DNA of 64,000 bases from Candidatus Falkowbacteria bacterium (GCA_016214745.1 JACRNW010000006.1:13367-77366), one strand, 5' to 3'; positions 27,826-37,193 are shown, numbered from the stretch's first letter. Numbers and translations are program-made. The notes: generated by a model from the letters alone, not told the origin.

Positions 27826-28728
27826 TCAGACAATACTCTTTTTTAGGACCGGCGCAGCGGAGATGATTTTTATTTTGGGAATTTGTTTTGCTTTTAGCAT
27901 GGGATAAGTGTCGGTTATCAAGACTTCCTTAATGGGTGATTTTTTTATTCTCGCGATGGCCGGGCCGGAGAGAACGCCGTGAGCGGCGGCGGCATAGATG
28001 GCGCGGGCGCCGGCACGGTGAAGTGCTTCGGCCGCGCCCGCGAGCGTCCCGGCCGTATCGATCAGGTCGTCAACCAAAACAATGTTTTTATTTTTAACGT
28101 CCGCGCCTTTTGGCAGTGAAATGCGAGCCACATTCGGCCGCGGTCTGTATTTTTTGCAATAGCCGACCGGACCAGCCAAGTTTTTCTTGCCATAAATTTT
28201 CGCGAATTGTTCGGCCCGATGAATCCCGCCTTGGTCTGGAGAAAAAATTAATAAATTATTAAGACACATTTTTTTAAAGTACTCTGCTAACGCCGGATAG
28301 GCACTTAAATGGACAAGCGGCTTGGTAAAAAATTTTTCGTTTTGTCCGCTGTGAAGATTAAAAGTTAAAATTTTGTCCGCACCGGCTGCGGCCAGCAAAT
28401 CAGCCATTAATTTTGCCGTAAGCGGCGCGTTCGGTTGGTCAATCCAATCCTGTCTGGCGTAGCCAAAATAGGGGATAATGACATTTATTTTTTTGGCGGC
28501 GGCGGTTTTTAAAGCATTAATTAAAATGAGTAACTTCAAAAGATTATCCGACGGCGGCATGGTGGAACCAATAACCCACGTCGCCTTGCTGCGAACTTTT
28601 TCTTTTGGCCGGACATAAAGTTCGCCATCGGAGAAATTTTTTATTTCTAAATGGCCGAGTTTGAGGCGGGCGTGGCGTACAAGTGCCTTAGTCAAATCGG
28701 GGTTAGTGTTTGTGGAGAAGAGAAGCAT
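27826..28728 (-). CDS. prs: ribose-phosphate pyrophosphokinase
   Basis: Prs N-terminus (MLLFSTNTNPDLTKALVRHARLKLGHLEIKNFSDGELYV) and the PRPP loop VLVDDLIDTAGTL. Start placed at ATG 28728. Confidence 0.8.
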   Translation of the reverse strand: MLLFSTNTNPDLTKALVRHARLKLGHLEIKNFSDGELYVRPKEKVRSKATWVIGSTMPPSDNLLKLLILINALKTAAAKKINVIIPYFGYARQDWIDQPNAPLTAKLMADLLAAAGADKILTFNLHSGQNEKFFTKPLVHLSAYPALAEYFKKMCLNNLLIFSPDQGGIHRAEQFAKIYGKKNLAGPVGYCKKYRPRPNVARISLPKGADVKNKNIVLVDDLIDTAGTLAGAAEALHRAGARAIYAAAAHGVLSGPAIARIKKSPIKEVLITDTYPMLKAKQIPKIKIISAAPVLKKSIV

Positions 28729-28740
28729 AAAAATTACAAA

Positions 28741-28885
28741 TCTAAAATTACAAATCCTAAATAAATTCAAAACTCAAATATCCAAATTCAAAACTTTTTG
28801 GATTTAGATATTTGATATTATTTGGAATTTGGTGCTTTGAATTTGGAATTTTAAAATTTTGCATTTTGATTTTTGATGTTTGATT
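28741..28885. repeat. AT-rich simple hairpin repeat cluster (family P4)
   Basis: caaatatccaaattcaaaac / tttgaatttggaattt inverted low-complexity units. Confidence 0.5.
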
Positions 28886-29544
28886 TATTCTTTGCCGAAT
28901 TTTTCCGATTGTTGAAGTAGGGAGACGACTTCCTCATCCATCGTCTGTCCAAACTCTTCATAAAATGCGCCGACGGCGCCGAAAAAGGCGGGGGCATCCA
29001 AATAGATCAATTCGTCGACTTCTTTTTTAATCAACTTCGCCGTGTCGGGCGGCGTGACGGGAATTGCCACAATAATTTTCGCCGCGCCGTAAAGTTTTAC
29101 CGTTTTAATCGCCGCGCGCATGGTGAGGCCGGTGGCTAAACCGTCGTCAACAATGACGACATTTTTATTTTTCAAATCGAGCGGCGGGCGCGTGCCGCGA
29201 TAGAGTTTTCGCCGCCGCTCCGCCTCAATTTTTTCTTTGGCAATTTCGTTGTCTAAATAACTCTGATTAATTCCGTAGGCGGCAATAGTTTGTTCATCAA
29301 AAATTCCCTCGCCGGTCTCGGTGATGGCTCCGATCGCAAACTCGGGATTTCCCGGTGCGCCGATTTTTCGAGGAACCACAATGTCCAGCGGCAGGTTTAG
29401 CGCCTCCGCCACTTTAAAACCGATGACCACTCCGCCGCGCGGCAGGGCCAGAATTATTGTGTTTGGGGCATTTTTGTATTTTTGCAGGACTTGGGCCAGT
29501 TTTTGTCCGGCGTCGAGACGGTCTTTGAATGTCATATTAATCAA
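28885..29544 (-). CDS. phosphoribosyltransferase (type I PRTase)
   Basis: 219 aa with VVIVDDGLATGLTM. Confidence 0.6.
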   Translation of the reverse strand: MINMTFKDRLDAGQKLAQVLQKYKNAPNTIILALPRGGVVIGFKVAEALNLPLDIVVPRKIGAPGNPEFAIGAITETGEGIFDEQTIAAYGINQSYLDNEIAKEKIEAERRRKLYRGTRPPLDLKNKNVVIVDDGLATGLTMRAAIKTVKLYGAAKIIVAIPVTPPDTAKLIKKEVDELIYLDAPAFFGAVGAFYEEFGQTMDEEVVSLLQQSEKFGKE

Positions 29545-29665
29545 TTATACCGTTTTTCATGGTTTTTAAAAAGTGGTATAATGTGATAAGGAATCGGGAA
29601 TCGGGAATTAAGGTTATTGCATTATTAAATTTTCCGTAATTCCTAATTCATAATTTATTTACAAT

Positions 29666-30499
29666 ATGCCAGCCAAACCATCCTTTAACGTAAAATTATT
29701 TTTAGAGGAGTTTGTGATTTTTGGTCTTGTTCAGGCCTTAAGCATTTGGGCCGGCCTTTACTTTTTCTCTCACGCCGACTTGGCCGAGATAAAAATTACC
29801 ACTTCTCTCTGGCAGTTTGTCATTGCTTTTGCCATTGCCACGGTTTTGATGATTATCGCCTTGCGGCTCGTGAAGGGAAGTTTATTTTTTAAGACGCTGT
29901 TTTTTTTGGTGAATTTTTTGGGAGCGGGAATAATTTTCGGCATTTTTTTGCCGATGCCCGTGGCCGCCGTTTTGGCGTTTGTTTGGGTTGCCCTCCGGTT
30001 TTTTGTGCCGCGCATTTGGTTGCATAATTTGACAATTATTTTGGGATTGGGAGGCGTTGCCGCGGTTTTCGGCTTGTCGCTGTCCATTGCCGCGGTTTTG
30101 GTTATTTTGTTTGTTCTCTCAATTTATGATTACATCGCCGTTTATAAAACAGAACACATGGTGGAAATGTTTCGGGAGTTGGTGCATCGGGGAGTGATTT
30201 TCGCGGCAATCTTGCCGCTTAAATTTAAAGGTTGGACGGCCGATCTGGCCGAGATTCGGCCGGGCGGTGATTTTATCTTTTTCGGAACGGGCGACTTGAT
30301 CTTACCCTCGATTCTTGCCGTTTCGGCTATTTCGTACGGTCTGGAGAGCGTGGCTTTTTCGGTGGGCGGATCATTTGTCGGGCTCGTAGTTTTGCACATT
30401 TTGTTTACCAGTCAGCGAAAGCGAGCTCCCATGCCGGCTCTGCCGCCGCTCGTATTGTTTTCCGCATTGGGTTTTGTCATTTCATTGTTGATAAAATAA
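29666..30499 (+). CDS. presenilin/signal-peptide-peptidase-like intramembrane aspartyl protease homolog (A22 family)
   Basis: Polytopic. YD motif (LSIYDYIAVY), GxGD motif (FFGTGDLILP) and a PAL motif (MPALPP) occur in the expected order. Confidence 0.55.
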   Translation: MPAKPSFNVKLFLEEFVIFGLVQALSIWAGLYFFSHADLAEIKITTSLWQFVIAFAIATVLMIIALRLVKGSLFFKTLFFLVNFLGAGIIFGIFLPMPVAAVLAFVWVALRFFVPRIWLHNLTIILGLGGVAAVFGLSLSIAAVLVILFVLSIYDYIAVYKTEHMVEMFRELVHRGVIFAAILPLKFKGWTADLAEIRPGGDFIFFGTGDLILPSILAVSAISYGLESVAFSVGGSFVGLVVLHILFTSQRKRAPMPALPPLVLFSALGFVISLLIK

Positions 30500-30513
30500 T
30501 CCGCAAATACGGT

Positions 30514-31020
30514 ATGAAGGTTTTAATGGTTATTGCGCAAAAAGATTTTCGCGACGAGGAGTTTTTTGAGCCGCGTGAAGTTTTTATTAAAAATGGTACG
30601 GAAGTGAAAGTCGCGAGCCAAAAGTTAACGGAAGCCCGCGGCCGATTGGGAGGCACAACCATACCTGACGTGACGATTGGCGAGGCGGAAGCTCAAGATT
30701 TTGCCGCCGTAATTTTTGTCGGTGGGCCGGGCGCGGCGGTTTATCTTAATGATTCGGCGGCGCATAAGTTAGCCAGAGATTTTTATGCCGCCGGTAAAAT
30801 TGTGGCCGCGATTTGTCTTGGTCCGTCCATTTTGGCCAATGCGGGATTGCTTCGCGGAGTGAGAGCGACTTGCACTCCGAGCGAGCAAGAAAATTTGAAG
30901 ATGAGGGGAGCGGAGTATACCGGAGCGCCGGTCGAAGTGGACGGGAAAATAGTGACGGCCTGCGGGCCCGAAGCGTCGAGGGAGTTTGGGAAGAAAATAG
31001 TCGAACTGCTAAAACAATAA
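30514..31020 (+). CDS. DJ-1/PfpI family protein
   Basis: 168 aa with the nucleophile-elbow Cys (AAICLGPSILANAG). Confidence 0.8.
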   Translation: MKVLMVIAQKDFRDEEFFEPREVFIKNGTEVKVASQKLTEARGRLGGTTIPDVTIGEAEAQDFAAVIFVGGPGAAVYLNDSAAHKLARDFYAAGKIVAAICLGPSILANAGLLRGVRATCTPSEQENLKMRGAEYTGAPVEVDGKIVTACGPEASREFGKKIVELLKQ

Positions 31021-31095
31021 ATCAAAACCAATATCCAATATCAAATATCAAATATCTTTTGGCGGATATTGGCTATTCGCTATTAGATATTAGAA
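31021..31095. repeat. AT-rich simple hairpin repeat (atatcaaatatc units)
   Basis: ccaatatccaatatcaaatatcaaatatc...gatattggctattcgctattagatatt inverted. Confidence 0.45.
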
Positions 31096-31108
31096 TAATT
31101 GTAAACGA

Positions 31109-31867
31109 ATGAATAAACCCACACTCGCTATTGCCAGTATGACTTGTTGCGAGGGTTGTCAGGTGGAGATTTTAAATTTAGGAAAACGACTTCTGGATCT
31201 TTTCCAAGTTTTTGATTTGGGAAATTTTTCCTGGGCCGAGGAAAAAAAGGAGAGGCCGAAATACGACGTGGCGGTGATCGAGGGAACTCCGCTCACGCAT
31301 GAGGATGTAAGATATTTGAAAGAATTGCGGAGAAAATCAAAAATTTTGGTTGCCATCGGAAGCTGTGCGCATTTGGGCGGAGTTCAGGAAATAAAAAATT
31401 ACGCCGAGAAAAATAAAAATGAAAAAGTAAAATACGTTTACCCAAAATATCAGCGGATACAAAATCCAACGGTCGTGCCGCTTTGGAAAGTGGTAAAAGT
31501 TGATTATACCGTGCCGTGCTGTCCGATTGATAAAGATGAATTTTTCCGGGTGATTTCCGATATTGCTTTTGGCCGCGCGCCAAAAATTCCTTTACGTCCA
31601 GTTTGCTTTGAATGCCAGACGAGCGGATACGAGTGTCTTTTGCAAAAAGGTCAGCCGTGTATGGGGCCAATTACGATCGGCGGCTGTAAAGCGATTTGTC
31701 TTCGGAGTAAAAGATTTTGTTATGGCTGCCGCGGGCCGCTTCCCGGAGCCGGGCCGCAGATTAAAAAACACTTGCGAAATATTGAAAAATTAGTTGGGAA
31801 AAAATATCTTCGCGAAATTATGGAAACCTACGGCGCGGAAGATGATTTTTTGCGAATTGAGAAATAA
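31109..31867 (+). CDS. hydD: [NiFe]-hydrogenase small (delta-like) subunit
   Basis: TCCEGC (proximal cluster), GSCAHLGG and the distal Cys motifs. Confidence 0.7.
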   Translation: MNKPTLAIASMTCCEGCQVEILNLGKRLLDLFQVFDLGNFSWAEEKKERPKYDVAVIEGTPLTHEDVRYLKELRRKSKILVAIGSCAHLGGVQEIKNYAEKNKNEKVKYVYPKYQRIQNPTVVPLWKVVKVDYTVPCCPIDKDEFFRVISDIAFGRAPKIPLRPVCFECQTSGYECLLQKGQPCMGPITIGGCKAICLRSKRFCYGCRGPLPGAGPQIKKHLRNIEKLVGKKYLREIMETYGAEDDFLRIEK

Positions 31868-31890
31868 GATATTTTGTTTGATATTTCAAC

Positions 31891-31970
31891 CGGAATCCCG
31901 ACGAAAGTCGGAAAATTGCCCAGCTTTCGCTGGGAGTCCAGAAAAAACGGAATCCCGACGAAAGTCGGGT
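31891..31970. repeat. GC-rich double-hairpin unit G2, 1.5 copies
   Basis: ggaatcccgacgaaagtcgg...gcccagctttcgctgggagtccagaaaaaacggaatcccgacgaaagtcggg. Compare 7044-7097. Confidence 0.7.
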
Positions 31971-32027
31971 TTTTGATTTCTCCCCTTAAGGTAAGGGGAG
32001 ATTAAGAGGGGTGAAATGGGGTTGACA

Positions 32028-32056
32028 AACTTGCTAAAATGTGTTATTCTAAATTG
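32028..32056 (+). promoter_or_regulatory. sigma70-type promoter (gTTGACAaac-17-TATTCT) preceding a hairpin-dense roughly 300-nt leader of islet gene D
   Basis: Read from the sequence. The leader at 32060-32360 contains at least 6 GC-rich hairpins (ctccccgaaggggagag, ctccctttaaaaaagggagag, cccccctttatcaagggggga and others). Confidence 0.35.
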
Positions 32057-32365
32057 TTAGTAAATAGTTCTTTTAAAGGTAAAACCCCCTCACTCCAACT
32101 CTCTCCCCGAAGGGGAGAGAGAGTTTCCTCGCCCCACTGGGGAGAGGACTAAGGTGAGGGGGCAACAAGTTCCCAGTTTTCTTTTGGCGGTTTTAAATCC
32201 CTCTCTAACTCTCCCTTTAAAAAAGGGAGAGAAATTCCCCCCTTTATCAAGGGGGGATTAAGGGGGATTTGCGAAGACCCCCAAAAGAAGGCTGGGAATT
32301 TCTCTCGGCCAGAGACAGCAACGTAGTCGCCGCGGGCGACCAGTTGCGAAGAAGGAGAACGAGTC

Positions 32366-32869
32366 ATGAGCGACGAGTTCAGGATGACGACGGGACAGGC
32401 GCATGAGTTGGCGATGGCCTTCGGTCGCAACGGCTGGACCAACGCCGACGTGAAGAAGATGTCTGAGGGCGATCTGCTCGCCCGACTGCTACCGGTCATC
32501 CGGGGGCAGGCCGACGTGAAGAAGCCGGAAATCCCGACCGAGATGACCGTCGGCGGCCGCGTCTACGAGATCCTCTCCTTCCTCCGGGAGGAGGACAACG
32601 GATTCGTCCGCGGCGACGTGATGGTCTCCCGGGCGAAGGAGCTCGGCGCCAACCTCGGCAAGGAGGACTGCGAGTTCCTCCTCACCCACCAGGACGAGAT
32701 TCCGCCCGCGTTGCGGGGCAAAGTCGTCTTCGTCTTCCCGGACTTGCGGCGCCCGGGCGACCGCGAGCACGTCGCGTACCTCCACTGGGACGACGGCGGC
32801 TGGTACCGGCACTGGTACTGGCTCTCGGACGACTGGGACGGCTACGATCGTCTCCTTCGCCGCAAGTAG
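32366..32869 (+). CDS. GC-rich islet protein D (hypothetical, W/D-rich C-terminus)
   Basis: SD gaaggag before the ATG. 167 aa with high GC3. Shares a weak DCEF/FEEF-L-x-T motif with islet proteins A and C. Confidence 0.45.
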   Translation: MSDEFRMTTGQAHELAMAFGRNGWTNADVKKMSEGDLLARLLPVIRGQADVKKPEIPTEMTVGGRVYEILSFLREEDNGFVRGDVMVSRAKELGANLGKEDCEFLLTHQDEIPPALRGKVVFVFPDLRRPGDREHVAYLHWDDGGWYRHWYWLSDDWDGYDRLLRRK

Positions 32870-33018
32870 TGTCCTTGGACCCTGGGTAACTCGGCCCTTC
32901 AAACCGGCCTGGTCGCTCGGACCCTCGGACACTTTGTCCCTTGGCCCCACTTCAAATCCAATGCTTCACAAAGCAAAGGAAATGAAGCGGGGCCGTTTTT
33001 TTATTTAAGATTTTAGAT

Positions 33019-33207
33019 TTTCTCCCCTTAAGGTAAGGGGAGACTAAGAGGAGTTATGAACGGTGGATTTTAGTGCTACGGTTCATAACGCCCCCGCCCG
33101 CCACGCAAGCCAGCCCCGCCTGCAACGCTATGCTTGCATTAGCGGGCAGGTTGCTGGCGTTGCGGGCAGGCCCAGCCCCTCTTATCTTAAGAGGGGAGCG
33201 TTATACT
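33019..33207. repeat. GC-rich composite element G1, copy Y (inverted relative to copy X)
   Basis: The reverse complement of 33070-33200 matches 14908-15040 almost base for base. Confidence 0.8.
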
Positions 33208-33265
33208 GATTTTTTTATTTATCTTTTTATGATATAATGAATAAAATTAGTGAAGAGAATAAATT

Positions 33266-34558
33266 ATGAAAATAAAAATAAGCCACCTCGCCAAAATTGA
33301 AGGGCATGCCAGTTTTTTTGCCGATATGCTCGCCGGCGATATCAAAAACGCCAAATTGAAAATTACGATTGGCGCGCGTTTGATTGAATCAATAATTTTA
33401 AACCGCAATTATATTGAAACGCCGATTGTGACCTCGCGCATTTGTGGCATATGTTCGGTGGCGCACAATATCACAAGCATTAAAGCGATTGAAAACGCAT
33501 TAAAAATAAAAATAAATCCTCAAATTGAACGGCTCCGAAAAGTTTTGGTTTTGGCCGAGCCGATCCAAAGCCACGCGGCGCATCTTTTCTTTTTATCTTT
33601 ATCCGATTTTTTCAAATATGAAAGCGACATTGATTTGATGAAAAAATATCCCGACCTCGCCAAAAAAATTATTTTGATTCGCGATTTTGGAAATAAAATT
33701 AAAGATGTGGTCGGCGGAAGAGATATGCACATGATCGTGACGGAAATCGGCGGGTTTAGAAGAGTGCTTGATGATAAAATAATTCAAAAATTAATTGATG
33801 AAACTGAAGGCGTGCTAGAAGCCGCGATTGGCGTGGCGAAATTTTTTCGGGCGCTTGATTATCCGAAATATGAACGGAAAGTGGAATTTGCGGGACTCAC
33901 CGCGCCGCGCGAGTATGCTTTTTATGACGGCGTAATTGGATCAACTATGGAGTCGGCACGTCCCGTGAAAAAATTCTATAAAGAACTTGTGGAAAAGCAA
34001 ACTGCGGACGATCCGACCAAGCGCGCGCGGCACGAGGGCAAAAGTTTTATGGTCGGCGCGATTGCGCGGTTAAATTTGAGCCACAAATTTTTAAATCCCG
34101 AAGCGAAAAAGTTTTTGACTTTTTTTGACAAATCCCTCTCCAACTCTCCCTTTGGAAAAGGGAGAGGGTCTGTTCTCACGTTTAACACTTTTCACAATAT
34201 TTACGCCCAGTCTGTGGAGCTCGTTCATTGCGTTGAAGAGGCGCAAAAACTGCTCAAAGAATATTTGCGCGATAAATCAAGAAATTTGATGGTAAAATAT
34301 ACTTTAAAAAACGGCGAAGGACTTGGAGCGACCGAGGCGCCGCGCGGCACGCTTTATCATTATTATAAAATTGATAAATATGGTGTGATTCGCGCTTGTA
34401 ATATTATTACTCCGACGGCGCAATTTTTGGATAATTTGGAAAATGATTTGGAAAAATATTTGAATGAGGCAAAAATCAAAGATGAGAAGGATAGAAAATG
34501 GAAAATAAATATGATGGTGCGCGCGTACGATCCTTGTATGACATGTGCTACACACTAA
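33266..34558 (+). CDS. hydA: [NiFe]-hydrogenase large subunit (group 3-like, about 430 aa), ending exactly at the C-terminal His
   Basis: N-terminal RICGICSVAH (L1 motif) and C-terminal DPCMTCATH followed by stop, so there is no cleavable extension. An in-frame hairpin insert lies at 34133-34170. Confidence 0.8.
   Translation: MKIKISHLAKIEGHASFFADMLAGDIKNAKLKITIGARLIESIILNRNYIETPIVTSRICGICSVAHNITSIKAIENALKIKINPQIERLRKVLVLAEPIQSHAAHLFFLSLSDFFKYESDIDLMKKYPDLAKKIILIRDFGNKIKDVVGGRDMHMIVTEIGGFRRVLDDKIIQKLIDETEGVLEAAIGVAKFFRALDYPKYERKVEFAGLTAPREYAFYDGVIGSTMESARPVKKFYKELVEKQTADDPTKRARHEGKSFMVGAIARLNLSHKFLNPEAKKFLTFFDKSLSNSPFGKGRGSVLTFNTFHNIYAQSVELVHCVEEAQKLLKEYLRDKSRNLMVKYTLKNGEGLGATEAPRGTLYHYYKIDKYGVIRACNIITPTAQFLDNLENDLEKYLNEAKIKDEKDRKWKINMMVRAYDPCMTCATH
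34133..34170. repeat. In-frame GC mini-hairpin element inside the hydrogenase large subunit
   Basis: tccctctccaactctccctttggaaaagggagagggtc encodes SLSNSPFGKGRGS. It is near-identical to the intergenic copy at 32208-32231 (tccctctctaactctccctttaaaaaagggagag). Confidence 0.6.
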
Positions 34559-34655
34559 AGTTAAAAGTTAAAAATTAAAAGTGCAAAGTTACAGTTTAAA
34601 GTTTAAAGGTTTTTTCAATAACTTTTAACTTTTCACTTTACACTTCTAACTTGTT

Positions 34656-34913
34656 ATGCATGACCTTCACGAAGCAGACAGAATTTTAAAATTAGTTTTG
34701 GATCACGCCGAGCGCCATAAGTTGAAGTCGGTGACAAAAGTCGTTATCGGACTTGGCAGCGTGATTGAGCATGGTTCGGAAATAAATCCGGAAAATTTAA
34801 AATTTAATATTGGCGTGCTGGCGCGTCAAACTATGGCGGAAAACGCGGAAGTGGTGGTTAAAAAAATAAAAGCCGATACTTGGGAACTTGAAGAAATAGA
34901 GGGGGATAAATAA
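34656..34913 (+). CDS. hypA: HypA-like N-terminal domain protein (nickel-insertion factor) lacking the C-terminal zinc finger
   Basis: MHDLHEADRILKLVLDHAERHKLKSVTKVVIGLGSVIEHGSEINPENLKFNIG matches the HypA N-domain pattern (MHE-type N-terminus). 85 aa with no Cys; the ORF stops immediately before P1 copy 3. Confidence 0.5.
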   Translation: MHDLHEADRILKLVLDHAERHKLKSVTKVVIGLGSVIEHGSEINPENLKFNIGVLARQTMAENAEVVVKKIKADTWELEEIEGDK

Positions 34914-34917
34914 ATAT

Positions 34918-35026
34918 CTACAAATTACGAATTCGGTACAAATGTACAAATTTTTTCTAACACGTTAATTTAAAAAAACGTAATTTGTCGTTATTTGTAT
35001 ATTTGTAAATAATTTGTAATTTGTAG
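34918..35026. repeat. Palindromic intergenic element family P1, copy 3 (inverted relative to copies 2 and 4)
   Basis: ctacaaattacgaattcggtacaaatgtacaaattttttctaacacgttaatt...ttatttgtatatttgtaaataatttgtaatttgtag. Confidence 0.8.
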
Positions 35027-35032
35027 TAGCAT

Positions 35033-36253
35033 ATGAAATTAAAAACCATAGATGAAATTAAAAATTTAAAAGGCAAGAAAGTTTTAGTCAGAGTTGATTT
35101 TAATGTTCCGCTAAAAAAATCCGGAGCGAAAATTGTCGTGGCCGAGGATACGAGAATTAGAGCAGCTCTGCCCACGATTAAATATCTCCTAGAACACGGC
35201 GCGAAAGTTATTTTGATGAGCCATCTGGGCGATCCGGGCGGAAAAGTTAAAGCGTCGCTCGGTTTAAAACCGGTTGGCGCGACTCTCGCGAAAATTTTAG
35301 CCATGAAAGGCGCGGCGCCGACAGATTGGGTCGGCAAAAAGGGCTTGGGAAAAATTGACGCAATGCGAAACGGCGAGATAATGCTTTTGGAAAATTTGCG
35401 TTTTCATCCGGGTGAAGAAAAAAATGACGTAAAATTTGCCGCGGGACTTGCAAGTTTGGCGGATATTTATGTGAATGATGCTTTTGCCGCCGCTCATCGG
35501 GCGCACGCTTCAATTACCGGCGTGCCAAAATTTTTGCCAAGTTTCGCCGGGCTATTAATGGAAAAAGAAATCAATGTTTTAGGCGGACTGCTCTCAAAAC
35601 CAAAAAGGCCATTTGTGGCTTTAATCGGCGGGGCAAAAATTTCCACGAAAATAAGAGTGGTAGAAAATTTGCTTAAAAAAGTTAATTTTCTTTTACTCGG
35701 CGGAGCCTTGGTAAATAATTTTTTCGCCGCGGCCGGTTATGGCATCGGCGCTTCAGTTTTTGAAAAAAAAGAATTAAAGACAGCAAAGAAATTTTTAAAA
35801 AATAAAAAAATAGTTTTGCCGGTTGATTTTGTGGTCGGCGATTTTAAAGGTAAAAAGGCCTGGGTCGCGCCAGTGGCGCCAAGGCGCAGTGTGCTTTGTA
35901 AGAAGCCATATGCACTTCTAGATATCGGGCCCGAGACAATAAAAAAATATTCCGGAATTGTCAGAAAATCACAAACTATTGTTTGGAACGGTCCGATGGG
36001 ATATTTTGAAATTAAAAAATACAGCCACGGAACAGTCGCGCTGGGCCAGTTAATCGCCGCCAGGTCAAAAGGAAAAGTTTTTGGCGTGGCCGGCGGGGGA
36101 GAGACAATTGAAGCGCTCGGGAAAACGGGCATGGCGGAATACATTGATCATATTTCTACCGGCGGCGGAGCGATGCTTGAATTTTTGGAAGGGAAAATGC
36201 TGCCGGGGATTAAACCATTATTAAAAAATAGTAATAATTACCTAATTACCTAA
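35033..36253 (+). CDS. pgk: phosphoglycerate kinase
   Basis: 406 aa with RVDFNVP and the C-terminal GGGA motif region. The last six codons (NNYLIT) lie inside P3 copy 2. Confidence 0.9.
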   Translation: MKLKTIDEIKNLKGKKVLVRVDFNVPLKKSGAKIVVAEDTRIRAALPTIKYLLEHGAKVILMSHLGDPGGKVKASLGLKPVGATLAKILAMKGAAPTDWVGKKGLGKIDAMRNGEIMLLENLRFHPGEEKNDVKFAAGLASLADIYVNDAFAAAHRAHASITGVPKFLPSFAGLLMEKEINVLGGLLSKPKRPFVALIGGAKISTKIRVVENLLKKVNFLLLGGALVNNFFAAAGYGIGASVFEKKELKTAKKFLKNKKIVLPVDFVVGDFKGKKAWVAPVAPRRSVLCKKPYALLDIGPETIKKYSGIVRKSQTIVWNGPMGYFEIKKYSHGTVALGQLIAARSKGKVFGVAGGGETIEALGKTGMAEYIDHISTGGGAMLEFLEGKMLPGIKPLLKNSNNYLIT

Positions 36254-36335
36254 TTACCTAATTACCAAACCATCAAAATATAAATTTAGATTGAAGAATG
36301 GGGTAACTAAGTAATTGATAGTAATTAAGTAATAA
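36234..36335. repeat. Palindromic element family P3, copy 2
   Basis: aattacctaattacctaattaccaaacc...ggggtaactaagtaattgatagtaattaagtaat. Confidence 0.65.
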
Positions 36336-36341
36336 AAATCT

Positions 36342-37118
36342 ATGGAAAACTGTTGTTGGCCATCGTGGAAAAATAATAAACTTTTTACCATCCTCATTGT
36401 GTTGGTAATGATTGGACTTTTTGGACTTTTAGCCACAATCGTTACAAACAATTTGAAGAGTTATAGATATATCGGAAAGCCGACGGCCGAGCGGGATACG
36501 ATTGCGATCTCCGGCGAAGGTAAAGTGACGGCCATCCCCGACATTGCTACGATTGATGTGGGTTTAATGACGGAAAAATCAGACGTGAAAAGCGCTCAGC
36601 TTGAAAATACGACAAAGATGAACAGGCTCATTGCGAATTTAAAAAATTTAGGCGTTGAAAGTAAAGATATTCAGACAAGTTATTATAATATTTATCCGCA
36701 GTACGATTGGCCGAATGGCAAGCAGGTTTTGCGCGGTTATCAAGTTAGCCAGGGCGTGACCGTTAAAATCAGAAATCTTGATAAAATCGGCGATATTTTG
36801 GCGGCGGCCGGAGAAGGCGGAGCAAACCAGGTGAGCGGATTATCTTTTAACATTGACGATCCTGAAGCTTTAAGACAAGAAGCAAGGGTTAAGGCGTTAG
36901 AGAATGCCAAGACAAAAGCTGAGGCGTTGGCAAAAGTGGCCGGCGTTGGGCTCGGCAAGATAGTTTCTTTCAGTGAATACGCGAGTACGCCGTACTCCGC
37001 ATATAAATCCATGGAAGCATTGGGTTTGGGCGGCGGCGGAGCAGCTCCTTCGCCCACAGTTGAAGCCGGGAGTATGGACATTGTGATAGACGTGACTGTT
37101 AGTTACGAAATAAAATAA
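36342..37118 (+). CDS. SIMPL/DUF541 (BP26/OMP28-like) periplasmic protein
   Basis: N-terminal TM, then a SIMPL-domain pattern (QVLRGYQVSQGVTVKIRNLDKIGDIL...EALRQEARVKALENAKTKAEALAK). Confidence 0.65.
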   Translation: MENCCWPSWKNNKLFTILIVLVMIGLFGLLATIVTNNLKSYRYIGKPTAERDTIAISGEGKVTAIPDIATIDVGLMTEKSDVKSAQLENTTKMNRLIANLKNLGVESKDIQTSYYNIYPQYDWPNGKQVLRGYQVSQGVTVKIRNLDKIGDILAAAGEGGANQVSGLSFNIDDPEALRQEARVKALENAKTKAEALAKVAGVGLGKIVSFSEYASTPYSAYKSMEALGLGGGGAAPSPTVEAGSMDIVIDVTVSYEIK

Positions 37119-37193
37119 GTTAGTTAGTTGTTGATAATAAATACAAAAAGTATAAAGTAGCAATATCTTTAGTTACTTTATGCTTTTAGTTTT

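Noticed and set aside
34656-34913. Calling the 85-aa ORF a complete, functional HypA
   Set aside because: It lacks the CxxC...CxxC zinc domain entirely and ends at a P1 repeat. It may be truncated by the element or by assembly, so it is annotated only as a HypA N-domain homolog.
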